Source: Patescibacteria group bacterium
GTDB lineage: Bacteria; Patescibacteriota; Microgenomatia; UBA1400; PJMF01
Assembly (NCBI GenBank): GCA_023382875.1
Contig: JAHDXH010000002.1
Coordinates: 69,724-133,723, forward strand
Reading direction: 5' to 3'
DNA length: 64,000 bases
Positions 18,952 to 27,946 of this stretch are shown in pieces; positions within the stretch are counted from its first letter, which is position 1, and every line of letters starts with the position of its first letter. The position numbers and the translations under genes are program-made. The notes below the pieces were generated by a model that ran no database searches, had not been told where the DNA came from, and saw only the letters and a list, made by a program, of their open reading frames with translations.

Positions 18952-20043
18952 ATGGCAAAAATTATTCATTTAGCTAGATATTACGAACCACATGTTGGCG
19001 GTGTGGAAACACACCTGAGTGAATTAAATAAACGTTTACTGGCGAATGGTGATGAGGTCACGGTTTTTTGTGAAGAGCACGATAAATCCTTGCCTGCTGA
19101 AGAAATCATTGATGACGTTAAAGTCATGAGAATGCCTGCACTTTCTTTTAAGTCTAGACTTTTGTTTTTTGGCTTTTTAAATAAAATTTATTTCAAAATA
19201 AAAGTTTGGACCTGGATTGCGAGTAAAAGTAAGCTGCTGATTGAGGCCGATGTTATTCAAGTTCATGATGTTTTTTGGTGGATTTGGCCTGTTTATTCTT
19301 TTGTTTATTACAAAACATATTTAACTTTTCACGGATGGGATGGAAAATATCCGATTTCAATTTTGGCTAAAGCACACCGTTATTACAATGCGATGGCAGC
19401 TAAAAAAACACTCCATGTTGGTAAATTTATTCAAAAATTTTATTGGGACAAGCCAACCGATGTTATTTTTGGAGGAGCCAAAAGTTCGCTATTAAACGAG
19501 TCTTTGCCTAAGCAAAAAAATACCAATGATTTATTTATCGGTAATGATTCGCATTTGGTTTTTATCGGTAGATTGGAAGATGTGAATGAAATTGAAAGGG
19601 TTCTTGAATTTTTAAAGTTAATGAAAGAAAAACATCCTAAAATTAAGATTGCTTTTGTGGGAGATGGGGCTTGGAGGAAAGAGTGTGAGGAATTGGGTCG
19701 GGTTACAGGTTTTGTCAAAAATACAGAGCGTTATTTACATGAAGCAGATGTCGTTGTGGCTAACTCATATCTATCAATTTTGGATAGCCAAGCTTTGGGT
19801 AAACTTGTTTGTGCTTTTTATTCAAATCCGGTTAAAGAAAGTTATCTAAAAACTTTTGTGGGAGCCCGATATATGTTTATAGAAACTAAACCAGAGAAAA
19901 TGGTTTTGCATCTGGAAAAATTAAGTTGGAAACAAGCATCTTTTATTGCTAAAAAAGTTAAAGCTTTTGCTCAGGAACAAACTTGGGAAAACGTGACAAA
20001 AATATATCAAAAACTATGGCAAACACCTCAGGAAAAAAATTAA
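18952..20043 (+). CDS. glycosyltransferase (GT-B fold, GT4-like)
   Basis: N-terminus ARYYEPHVGGVETHLSEL is typical of the GT4 N-domain. The C-terminal domain is divergent. Confidence 0.5.
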   Translation: MAKIIHLARYYEPHVGGVETHLSELNKRLLANGDEVTVFCEEHDKSLPAEEIIDDVKVMRMPALSFKSRLLFFGFLNKIYFKIKVWTWIASKSKLLIEADVIQVHDVFWWIWPVYSFVYYKTYLTFHGWDGKYPISILAKAHRYYNAMAAKKTLHVGKFIQKFYWDKPTDVIFGGAKSSLLNESLPKQKNTNDLFIGNDSHLVFIGRLEDVNEIERVLEFLKLMKEKHPKIKIAFVGDGAWRKECEELGRVTGFVKNTERYLHEADVVVANSYLSILDSQALGKLVCAFYSNPVKESYLKTFVGARYMFIETKPEKMVLHLEKLSWKQASFIAKKVKAFAQEQTWENVTKIYQKLWQTPQEKN

Positions 20044-21656
20044 ATCTTGGTTGCGGTAAGGATTATAGACAAGGTTGGGTCAATTTAGACGCTGTAGCCT
20101 CTGTGAAACCTGATGTAGTTCACGACATTAGTAAACCATTACCATTCAAAGATCAAAGTTTTGATTTTATTTTAGCTCAAGATATTTTGGAACACTTTAC
20201 CAAAGAAGATGTTGTTTTGGTGATTGGTGAAATCGCTCGGACTTTGAGAGTTGGAGGACAAGTAGAGATTAGAGTACCCAATGTCACCGACATTGTTAAT
20301 AGATTTGCCGACGATGAAGAAACTAGAAACGAATTTTTATATGGCACTACCTTTGAAACTGGAGTTTTTGGGGCACATAAAGTTGGCTTTACTGCTGTGT
20401 GTTTGGTTTCCATGATGAGTTTAGCTAACTTGGAATTGGTCAGTCTGAAAGAAGAAGAAACAAATTTTGTTGGTATTTTCAAAAAGGTTTTGCCTTCAAA
20501 AAAGACTAAACAGCTTGTTTATGTAAATCAAACTCTGGGTATGGGTGGTGCAGAAGTATTTATGGCTGATTTGCTAGGTGCGTTGCAAAAAAATAATTGG
20601 AGTGTGGTTGTTTATACAAACAACCAATCTTTCGCTCACTTACTTGAACAAAAGCAGATTGTGGTTAAAAAAATAACTACGATTGTTGATGTCATTGGCG
20701 ATTGGAAAGGCTTGATTAAAGGTGTCTTCTTGTGGCCAAAGCTCTTAGCAGAGTATTGGAAGGTTGTTAGAAAACATCATAACGCCGATTTATTTTTAAT
20801 GTCAGGTTTTATTGAAAAAATCTTAGTTTCGCCCTTGCTAGTGTTAGTCAAAAAACCAGCTTGTTGGATTGAGTTTGGTCCTATGGAGACAATTTTTGCC
20901 AAGTTTTTCCGCTTGCCTAAGGTTTTGTATTTTTTGGTCAAATCATTGCCAGAAAAAGTTGTTACTTCGAGTTACCACTCGCGTCGCAGTCTGACAAGTT
21001 CGGCTCGGATTTCTTTGGCTAAGTTGAGGATTGTTCCGTGTGGTAGAAATGTTGAAAGTCAAAATGTAGGAGCGACCAAAAGTTCAACTATTGTTTGTGT
21101 GTCACGTTTGGAACCAGGCAAAGGTCAGGATTTATTAATCGACGCTTTTTCTCTGATTGCCAAAAAAAATCCCCAATTAAAATTGAAAATTGTAGGTGAG
21201 GGTGACTTCTTGCCAATTTTGCAAGAAAAAGTGAACCAAAATAATTTACAAGAAAGAGTTGTCTTTGCTGGTAGAGTCAAAAATGCTTTACAGGAAATGG
21301 TCAGTGCAGAGGTCGTTGTTTTTCCCTCAGTTTGGCCTTTAGAAGGTTTTGGTTTGGTGATGATTGAAGCAATGAGTCTTGGCAAACCAATTGTGGCTTT
21401 TGATAGAGGTCCTGGTAATGAAATTATTGAGGATGAGAAAACCGGCCTTTTGGCTAAAGATGGTGATATTGTAGATTTGGCGAAAAAAATAGAAAAACTT
21501 TTGCATGATAAAAAGTTGGCTGAGTCGTTAGGAAAAACTGCCCAACAAAGTTATCTATCCAAATACCAAATTGAGTCAGTCGCTGATCACTATGAACAAA
21601 TTTTCCATGAAGCAATAGCCGATCACAAAGCCAAATCTGTCCTAACCCAAAATTAG
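20016..21656 (+). CDS. fusion protein: class I SAM-dependent methyltransferase (N) + GT4 glycosyltransferase (C)
   Basis: KLNLGCGKDYRQGWVNLD...DQSFDFILAQDILEHF...LRVGGQVEI are MTase motifs I to III. C-terminal EGFGLVMIEAMSLGKPIVAFDRGPGNEII is the GT4 EX7E motif. The start may instead be 19983, and either choice overlaps the upstream GT. Confidence 0.65.
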   Translation: MANTSGKKLNLGCGKDYRQGWVNLDAVASVKPDVVHDISKPLPFKDQSFDFILAQDILEHFTKEDVVLVIGEIARTLRVGGQVEIRVPNVTDIVNRFADDEETRNEFLYGTTFETGVFGAHKVGFTAVCLVSMMSLANLELVSLKEEETNFVGIFKKVLPSKKTKQLVYVNQTLGMGGAEVFMADLLGALQKNNWSVVVYTNNQSFAHLLEQKQIVVKKITTIVDVIGDWKGLIKGVFLWPKLLAEYWKVVRKHHNADLFLMSGFIEKILVSPLLVLVKKPACWIEFGPMETIFAKFFRLPKVLYFLVKSLPEKVVTSSYHSRRSLTSSARISLAKLRIVPCGRNVESQNVGATKSSTIVCVSRLEPGKGQDLLIDAFSLIAKKNPQLKLKIVGEGDFLPILQEKVNQNNLQERVVFAGRVKNALQEMVSAEVVVFPSVWPLEGFGLVMIEAMSLGKPIVAFDRGPGNEIIEDEKTGLLAKDGDIVDLAKKIEKLLHDKKLAESLGKTAQQSYLSKYQIESVADHYEQIFHEAIADHKAKSVLTQN

Positions 21657-21673
21657 GTTATACTATCTCCAGA

Positions 21674-23461
21674 ATGAGTCAGATTAAAAAAGTTAAAGAA
21701 GCTTCAGATATTGTTGAGATTATTGGTGAGAGGTTGACTTTGCAACGCGCAGGAACAAATCTCAAAACCAATTGTCCTTTTCATGGCGAAAAAACTCCGT
21801 CATTTTTTGTTAATGAAGTAATGCAGCGCTATCGCTGTTTTGGCTGTGGTGAAACTGGCGATGTGATTAATTTTTTAGAGAAGTATGAAGGGATGACTTT
21901 TGGTGAAGCTCTTGAATATTTGGCTGAAAGAGCTGGCATCAAACTGGAAAAATACGTCAAAAGTCAGCAAGATGATCTCCATGATCAATTGTTGGATGTT
22001 TTAGATTTGGCTCGCCAATACTATGGCTATCTTCTCAAAGAACATCAGCTGGGACAAATTGCTCGAGATTATTTGAGCAAAAGAAAAATTAACCAAGAAT
22101 CAATCAATTTATTTCAGCTGGGTTATTCCTTAGATGAATGGGATGGCTTGATTAAGTTTCTCCACCATAAAAAAAAGTATTCATTACAAATACTGGAAGA
22201 AGCGGGATTAGTTATCAATAAAGGCGATCGTTATTATGACCGCTTTCGTGGTCGCTTAATGTTTCCTTTAAAAAATCATCGTGGCCAAGTCGTGGGTTTT
22301 TCTGGTCGAACTTTGGTACCTGGAGAAAAAGATGCCAAATATATTAATTCCCCAGAAACAGCTTTGTACCACAAATCAGAGATGTTGTTTGGTTTTTCCG
22401 AACTTTATCAAGAAATTCGCAAGAAAAAAGAAATCATAGTTTGTGAGGGTGAAATTGACGTTATTTCTAGCGCCCAAGCTCATGTTAACAATGTGGTAGC
22501 GGTTAAAGGTTCGGTGTTAACCAAAGAGCACGTTAAGCTAATTTTGAGAGTGGCCAATAAAGCAATTTTATCTTTGGATAGAGATAGTGCGGGAATTGAA
22601 GCGACCAAAAGAGCTATTTTGATTGCCAAAGATAGTGGTTTAGAGCTAAGAGTCGCCAACTTATCTTTGGTTAAAGAACAAGGTTTTGATTTAAAAGATC
22701 CTGATGATATTGCTCGCGAACAACCAAAGCTATGGCGCGAAGCAGTTAAAGGCTCAATTTCTGTTTATGAATTTTTGATTCAAGTAGCACAAGCTAAATA
22801 TCATTTAGATACACCAGAAGGTCGAAGGGATTTTATTGAAGAAGTAGGTCCAATTCTCAATTACATCAGTCATGCGGTGGAAAAAGATTTTTACATCAAA
22901 AAAGTGGCCACGCTTTTGTCAGTGAAGAAAGAATTGGTTGAGGAAGATTTGAAAAAACTTCAATCACCCGTGGCTAAATTAGCGCCACCAGAAACCACAG
23001 TAAAAGCTCCAAAAGTTAGATTAACTTCACAGCAAAAACTGGAAAGATATTTAATTTTTCTGTTAATGAATTTTGAGCCTCACGAAATTCAGGACAAAGC
23101 GATTTCTTTGGCACAATTTGAGTTTTCACACTCAGAACTCAAGGTATTTATCCAGGCAATTTTACAAGCAAAAACAGTGGTCTTGAAAAATATAGTGGCC
23201 AGTTTGCCTGATGATGTTAGAGAGGTGGTGGCAGAAATTTCTCTTAATCCCAACTATGAGTCATACATCAAAGACCTCAATATTCAAACCGAGTGGGAAT
23301 CAGTTTTTGTGAGATTGCAAAAAGCATATGTGACCACTATGGTTGATAAAATTTCCACGGAGCTTAATGAACTTGACCAAAAAGTTATGTTGAGTCCAGA
23401 GGAAGAGCAGCGACGTGACGAATTGCTGCGAATGATTGTAGAATTAAGAAGAAAATCATAA
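21674..23461 (+). CDS. dnaG: DNA primase DnaG
   Basis: CHC2 zinc finger (CPFHGEKTPSFFVN...CFGCGETGD) and a Toprim domain (EGEIDVIS...DRDSAG). Confidence 0.9.
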   Translation: MSQIKKVKEASDIVEIIGERLTLQRAGTNLKTNCPFHGEKTPSFFVNEVMQRYRCFGCGETGDVINFLEKYEGMTFGEALEYLAERAGIKLEKYVKSQQDDLHDQLLDVLDLARQYYGYLLKEHQLGQIARDYLSKRKINQESINLFQLGYSLDEWDGLIKFLHHKKKYSLQILEEAGLVINKGDRYYDRFRGRLMFPLKNHRGQVVGFSGRTLVPGEKDAKYINSPETALYHKSEMLFGFSELYQEIRKKKEIIVCEGEIDVISSAQAHVNNVVAVKGSVLTKEHVKLILRVANKAILSLDRDSAGIEATKRAILIAKDSGLELRVANLSLVKEQGFDLKDPDDIAREQPKLWREAVKGSISVYEFLIQVAQAKYHLDTPEGRRDFIEEVGPILNYISHAVEKDFYIKKVATLLSVKKELVEEDLKKLQSPVAKLAPPETTVKAPKVRLTSQQKLERYLIFLLMNFEPHEIQDKAISLAQFEFSHSELKVFIQAILQAKTVVLKNIVASLPDDVREVVAEISLNPNYESYIKDLNIQTEWESVFVRLQKAYVTTMVDKISTELNELDQKVMLSPEEEQRRDELLRMIVELRRKS

Positions 23462-24114
23462 TGCAAATTTTTATTGATGAGTCAGGTGACCCTGGTTTTT
23501 TAATTGAAGGTGGTTCGAGTCGCTTTTTTGTGGTGGCAGTGATTATCTTTGAGGACGATACTCAAGCTAGTCAAGCAAGATTAGCTCTAGAAGACCTGGG
23601 TCGAAGATGGTCAAAACCTAAAAAGTTCGAACTTAAATTTTCCAAATTGTCAGAATCTGAGCGCGTAGAGGCTTTGCATTTAGCCACCAAGTTTTCTTTT
23701 AAAATTCGTGCTGTGATTTTTGATAAGGTGCGGATGAATGAGTTGCAACTTCAGCACTTCAAGAAAAATTATTATCAGTATGCGATTAGATCTCTTTTGG
23801 ATCGACCAGATAGTCACCTTACACATTCAACAATGAAAATCGATACTTTCGGTGAAGATGCTTACCGTCAAAGACTTGTCGATTACTTTGCTGAGCACGT
23901 TTGTAACCCTGACGACCACACCAAGTGTCAATTGGTTTTTCAGGATTCAAAATATGATGCTTTGATTCAATTGGCAGACTTGGTAGCAGGTGCACTTCGC
24001 AAAAGTTTTGAAATCACACAAGATGATTCACAAATTTACCGTGAAGTTATTGCTGACCACGAAGAGGACATTAAAGTTTTTCATTCAGTGCTTCATACTA
24101 GAAAGCTTGGTTAA
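23461..24114 (+). CDS. DUF3800 family protein (putative RNase H-like fold hydrolase)
   Basis: N-terminus MQIFIDESGDPG and C-terminal IQLADLVAGAL match the DUF3800 signatures. Start ATG overlaps the dnaG TAA (TAATG). Confidence 0.65.
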   Translation: MQIFIDESGDPGFLIEGGSSRFFVVAVIIFEDDTQASQARLALEDLGRRWSKPKKFELKFSKLSESERVEALHLATKFSFKIRAVIFDKVRMNELQLQHFKKNYYQYAIRSLLDRPDSHLTHSTMKIDTFGEDAYRQRLVDYFAEHVCNPDDHTKCQLVFQDSKYDALIQLADLVAGALRKSFEITQDDSQIYREVIADHEEDIKVFHSVLHTRKLG

Positions 24115-24144
24115 TAGCTGAGTTTTTCAGGTATAATACGCTTT

Positions 24145-24939
24145 ATGGCAGAAGCAAAAACCCAACCAGCAAATTCTAATCAAGCAAAATCAAAACCAGC
24201 TGGTGGCCCAGTTGATAGAAGTCGTTATCCCAAAATTCAAGCTTATATTGCAAAGTTGGGAGTAATGTCTCGTCGCCATGTTGAAGATTTGATTAGAGAG
24301 AAAAAAGTTCAGGTAAATGGTGTTTTGGCTAAAATTGGTCAAAGAATTAAAGCGGGCGAAGATATCATTGTAGTGGACGGTAAGAAAATAGAAACCAAAA
24401 GACCACCACAACCGATTTATATTTTGATTTATAAGCCCGTTGGCTATGTTTCTACTGCTAACGATGACCAAAGTCGACCAACAGTTTTGAGTTTGGTTCC
24501 AGAAATTAAAGACAGACTTTATCCCGTTGGTAGATTAGATATGGATTCAGAGGGCTTGATGATTTTGACCAACGATGGTGATTTAACTTTTGCTTTGACT
24601 CACCCATCACATGAAATTTCTAAAGTTTATAAAGTCTTGTTAAGAGGTGTGCCTTCAACTCCCGCCCTCAATTTGTTACAAAAGGGCGTAAAACTCAAAG
24701 AGGGTTTTTTCACTCCTGATGAAATGAGAATTCTCGGCCATGAAAATGGCAATACTTGGTTGGAATTAGTTATTCATGAAGGTAAAAACCGTTTGATTCG
24801 TCGTATGATGAGAAGAATCGGTTACGACGTCATGAGATTAATTCGCGTAGAAATCGGACCGTTTGATGTAAGTATGCTTGGCGGAAAAAGATACATTCAG
24901 CTCTCCAAAGAGCAGGTACAAAAGCTCATCTCCAAATAA
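24145..24939 (+). CDS. rluB: pseudouridine synthase, RsuA/RluB family (S4 domain + catalytic domain)
   Basis: S4 region with catalytic motif PVGRLDMDSEGLMILTNDGDL. Lys/Ala-rich N-terminal extension. Confidence 0.75.
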   Translation: MAEAKTQPANSNQAKSKPAGGPVDRSRYPKIQAYIAKLGVMSRRHVEDLIREKKVQVNGVLAKIGQRIKAGEDIIVVDGKKIETKRPPQPIYILIYKPVGYVSTANDDQSRPTVLSLVPEIKDRLYPVGRLDMDSEGLMILTNDGDLTFALTHPSHEISKVYKVLLRGVPSTPALNLLQKGVKLKEGFFTPDEMRILGHENGNTWLELVIHEGKNRLIRRMMRRIGYDVMRLIRVEIGPFDVSMLGGKRYIQLSKEQVQKLISK

Positions 24940-25004
24940 ATTCTGAGGATTTCACTTGCTCGCCGTTCTGGCATTTGACCGCCTAAAAATGATAAACTGT
25001 TTTT

Positions 25005-27017
25005 ATGCCCAGAGCGCTTGTCCTTGGAAATGGTGAAACATTAGTTTGTCTTGATAAATTCGGTTTTGTCCGAGATTTTTATTTTCCTTATGTTGGTTTA
25101 GAAAATCACGTGTCAGGTAATAAACATCGGATTGGTGTTTGGGTTGACGATCAATTTTCTTGGCTTGATGATGGTAACTGGTCCGTCAAAATTGCTTACA
25201 AACCAGAAACAATGGTTGGTTATTTGGTGTGTAAAAACGAAAACCTCCAGTTATCAGTGGTGATGGAGGATTGTGTTTATAACGAAGCTAATGTTTTTTT
25301 ACGCCAAGTAGATGTTTATAACCATCAAGAGCAAACGAGAAATATTAGAATCTTTTTCCATCAAGTGTTTATGATTGCCGAGAATAAAAAGCGAAATACG
25401 GCATTTTTTGACCCAACTCATAATGCCATCGTTCACTATCGCGGTCGTCGTTTGTTTATCGTTAATGGTCGAACTAGTGATGGTAAAACCATGGATGATT
25501 TTGCGGTGGGTGCATATAACTTTGAAGGGAAAATGGGCACATACAAAGATGCTGAAGATGGTGAGCTGGGTAAGAATGGTGTTGAGCACGGGAGTGTTGA
25601 TAGCACAATTCGCTTTTGCGTTAGCGCCGAGGGTAAGAAAAAAACATCACTTCATTATTGGATTTGTGCAGCCAAAACTTTAGACGATGTTTATGCTTTA
25701 AACAGCATGGTGATGAACAAAACACCTGAGGGCATGCTTCATTCAACGGAGGATTTTTGGCATGCGTGGCTTGATCGACAAAATTATTCTTTTGACTTTT
25801 TGACTCCAGAGCAAAAAAAATTGTTTAACACCTCACTTTTTATTCTTCGCGCCCATGCCGACAATCGGGGAAGTATTATTGCTTCTGCAGATTCGGCTAT
25901 GATCGAGTACGGCAAAGACGACTATGCTTATATGTGGCCCAGAGATGCTGCTTTTATTGTCAGTGCTTTGGACTCAGCTGGTTTTCATGAGGTGACTAAA
26001 AATTTCTTTTTATTTTGCCAAAGTGTTTTGCATCCCGATGGTTATCTTCATCACCGTTTTAATTCCGACCAAAGCTTGGGTTCCACTTGGCATTCACCGT
26101 CCGCACAATTTGAGTGGCTCAAGGACAAAAAATTGCAGTTGCCAATTCAAGAAGACGAGACAGCTTCTGTGATTTTTGCATTATGGCATCACTATCAAGT
26201 GACTAAAGATATTGAATTCATTGAGGATTTATTCAAGCCTTTTATTGAAAAAGCGGCTGATTTCTTGGTTGATTTTCGTAACAAAACTACCATGTTGCCA
26301 CTGCCATCTTATGATTTGTGGGAAGAAGTCATTGGAGTATCAACTTATACCTGTGCGAGTGTTTATGGAGGGTTGATGGCAGCAGCCAATTTTGCAGAGC
26401 TACTTGGAAAACGCAATCATATGCGCAAATACAAGCAGGCGGCCAAAGAAATTAAAAAAGCCACTATCGATTATCTTTTTAGCGAACAACAATCGAGTTT
26501 TGTTCGTTTTGCCAAATATAGTGGTGACAAAGTAGAAAGGGTTGAGATTATCGATGCCAGCTCATTATTTGGCCTGTGGTACTTTGGCATGTTTGAACAA
26601 AGTGATCCTTATTTCAAGAGAACTCATGAGCAAGTCATGAAGCGTTTGTCTAATCCAGGTGCAACCGCTGGTTTTATTCGTTATGAAAATGATGCTTATT
26701 TTAGAAGTGGTGATTTATCCAATCCCTGGTTTATTACCACGCTGTGGGAAGTTGAGAGGCGTTTGACATCTGACACGGTTAATCATGAAGATTTAGATTT
26801 TGCCAAAGATGTATTTTCATGGATCCAAAACCACCAATACTTATCTGGAGTTTTGTCCGAGCAATTAGATCCACAAACAGGCACTTCAGAATCAGCTACG
26901 CCACTAGTTTGGTCACATGCAGAATTTGTTCGTTCGGTCTTGCTCTATCAGCAGGCGCTTGTTAAGCTGAAGCTGGTAGAGGTTAAAACGCCAGAAAGCG
27001 TAATTCACGAACTATGA
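25005..27017 (+). CDS. glycoside hydrolase family 15 (glucoamylase/glucodextranase/trehalase-like)
   Basis: (alpha/alpha)6 barrel motifs SIIASADSAMIEYGKDDYAYMWPRDAAFIVSAL and LWEEVIG. 670 aa with an N-terminal beta-sandwich domain. Confidence 0.8.
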   Translation: MPRALVLGNGETLVCLDKFGFVRDFYFPYVGLENHVSGNKHRIGVWVDDQFSWLDDGNWSVKIAYKPETMVGYLVCKNENLQLSVVMEDCVYNEANVFLRQVDVYNHQEQTRNIRIFFHQVFMIAENKKRNTAFFDPTHNAIVHYRGRRLFIVNGRTSDGKTMDDFAVGAYNFEGKMGTYKDAEDGELGKNGVEHGSVDSTIRFCVSAEGKKKTSLHYWICAAKTLDDVYALNSMVMNKTPEGMLHSTEDFWHAWLDRQNYSFDFLTPEQKKLFNTSLFILRAHADNRGSIIASADSAMIEYGKDDYAYMWPRDAAFIVSALDSAGFHEVTKNFFLFCQSVLHPDGYLHHRFNSDQSLGSTWHSPSAQFEWLKDKKLQLPIQEDETASVIFALWHHYQVTKDIEFIEDLFKPFIEKAADFLVDFRNKTTMLPLPSYDLWEEVIGVSTYTCASVYGGLMAAANFAELLGKRNHMRKYKQAAKEIKKATIDYLFSEQQSSFVRFAKYSGDKVERVEIIDASSLFGLWYFGMFEQSDPYFKRTHEQVMKRLSNPGATAGFIRYENDAYFRSGDLSNPWFITTLWEVERRLTSDTVNHEDLDFAKDVFSWIQNHQYLSGVLSEQLDPQTGTSESATPLVWSHAEFVRSVLLYQQALVKLKLVEVKTPESVIHEL

Positions 27018-27931
27018 ACTATTATTTAGCAGTTGATGGTGGTGGCACCAAGACTCAGGTTTTGTGTGCTGATGAAAATGGAGAAATTGTTGGCGAAGGT
27101 TTGTCTGGTCCGACGAGTTTGACCGTAGTTAACTCTGGAGCAGCCGGATTTGCTCTAAGAGAGGCAATCCGTCAAGCAACTGAGAATTTACCACCGGGGT
27201 TTGTGGTTACTAGATTGGTGATGGGCTTGGCTGGGCTAGATACTCCAGAAGAAATTTCAAGAGCAGAGTCCTCATTTAAACAAGTTATCGCTGATATTCA
27301 GGTTAAAGATTTTGTTTTAATTAACGATATTATGATTGCTCTTCGTGCTGCCAGTGACAAACAAGACGCTATGGCACTTATTGCTGGAACGGGTTCAAAT
27401 TGTTTTGGTATTAATGCCGAAGGAGAATCAGCTAAAGCTGGGGGATTAGATTTTTTGTTATCGGATGAAGGCTCTGGTTATTCTATTGGCGCTAAAGTTT
27501 TAAAGGCAGCGGCGATGAGTTTTGATGGTCGCGGTGCAAAGACAAGATTGGAGCAATTGACAAATGATTATTTTGAAACCAGTAGTATTCCTGAAGTAAA
27601 GCACCATATTTATAATCCAGTTTTGACTAAAATGCAGGTTGCGGGCTTGGCTAAGTTGGCTTTTGATGCCTTGGAAGAAGGTGATGAAGTAGCCCATCAA
27701 ATTGTCGATCGCGCTGCAGATGATTTGTTTGTAATGGCTAAGGTAGTAATTGAAAAACTAAGGTTGAACGAAAGACCGAGTGACTGTGTTTTCTCGGGCA
27801 AAGTTTTATTGTCTGATTATCTCAAGAATAAGCTCAAGGAAAAAATCAATCAAGAATATCCTAATATTCAAGTTTTGATTCCCGAAGATGAGCCAGTCTA
27901 TGGGGCGCTAAAGATCGCCTTGAGTAGTTGA
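27014..27931 (+). CDS. BadF/BadG/BcrA/BcrD-type ATPase (N-acetylglucosamine/glucose kinase-like ASKHA sugar kinase)
   Basis: N-terminus YYLAVDGGGTKTQVL plus LIAGTGSNCFG, which are ASKHA phosphate-binding motifs. 4-bp overlap with the GH15 gene. Confidence 0.7.
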   Translation: MNYYLAVDGGGTKTQVLCADENGEIVGEGLSGPTSLTVVNSGAAGFALREAIRQATENLPPGFVVTRLVMGLAGLDTPEEISRAESSFKQVIADIQVKDFVLINDIMIALRAASDKQDAMALIAGTGSNCFGINAEGESAKAGGLDFLLSDEGSGYSIGAKVLKAAAMSFDGRGAKTRLEQLTNDYFETSSIPEVKHHIYNPVLTKMQVAGLAKLAFDALEEGDEVAHQIVDRAADDLFVMAKVVIEKLRLNERPSDCVFSGKVLLSDYLKNKLKEKINQEYPNIQVLIPEDEPVYGALKIALSS

Positions 27932-27946
27932 TTTTTTTCAGATGAG

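Noticed and set aside
21657-24144. Expected an rpoD (sigma-70) gene downstream of dnaG
   Set aside because: The downstream genes are DUF3800 and rluB, and no sigma-factor regions 2 or 4 are detectable in any frame.
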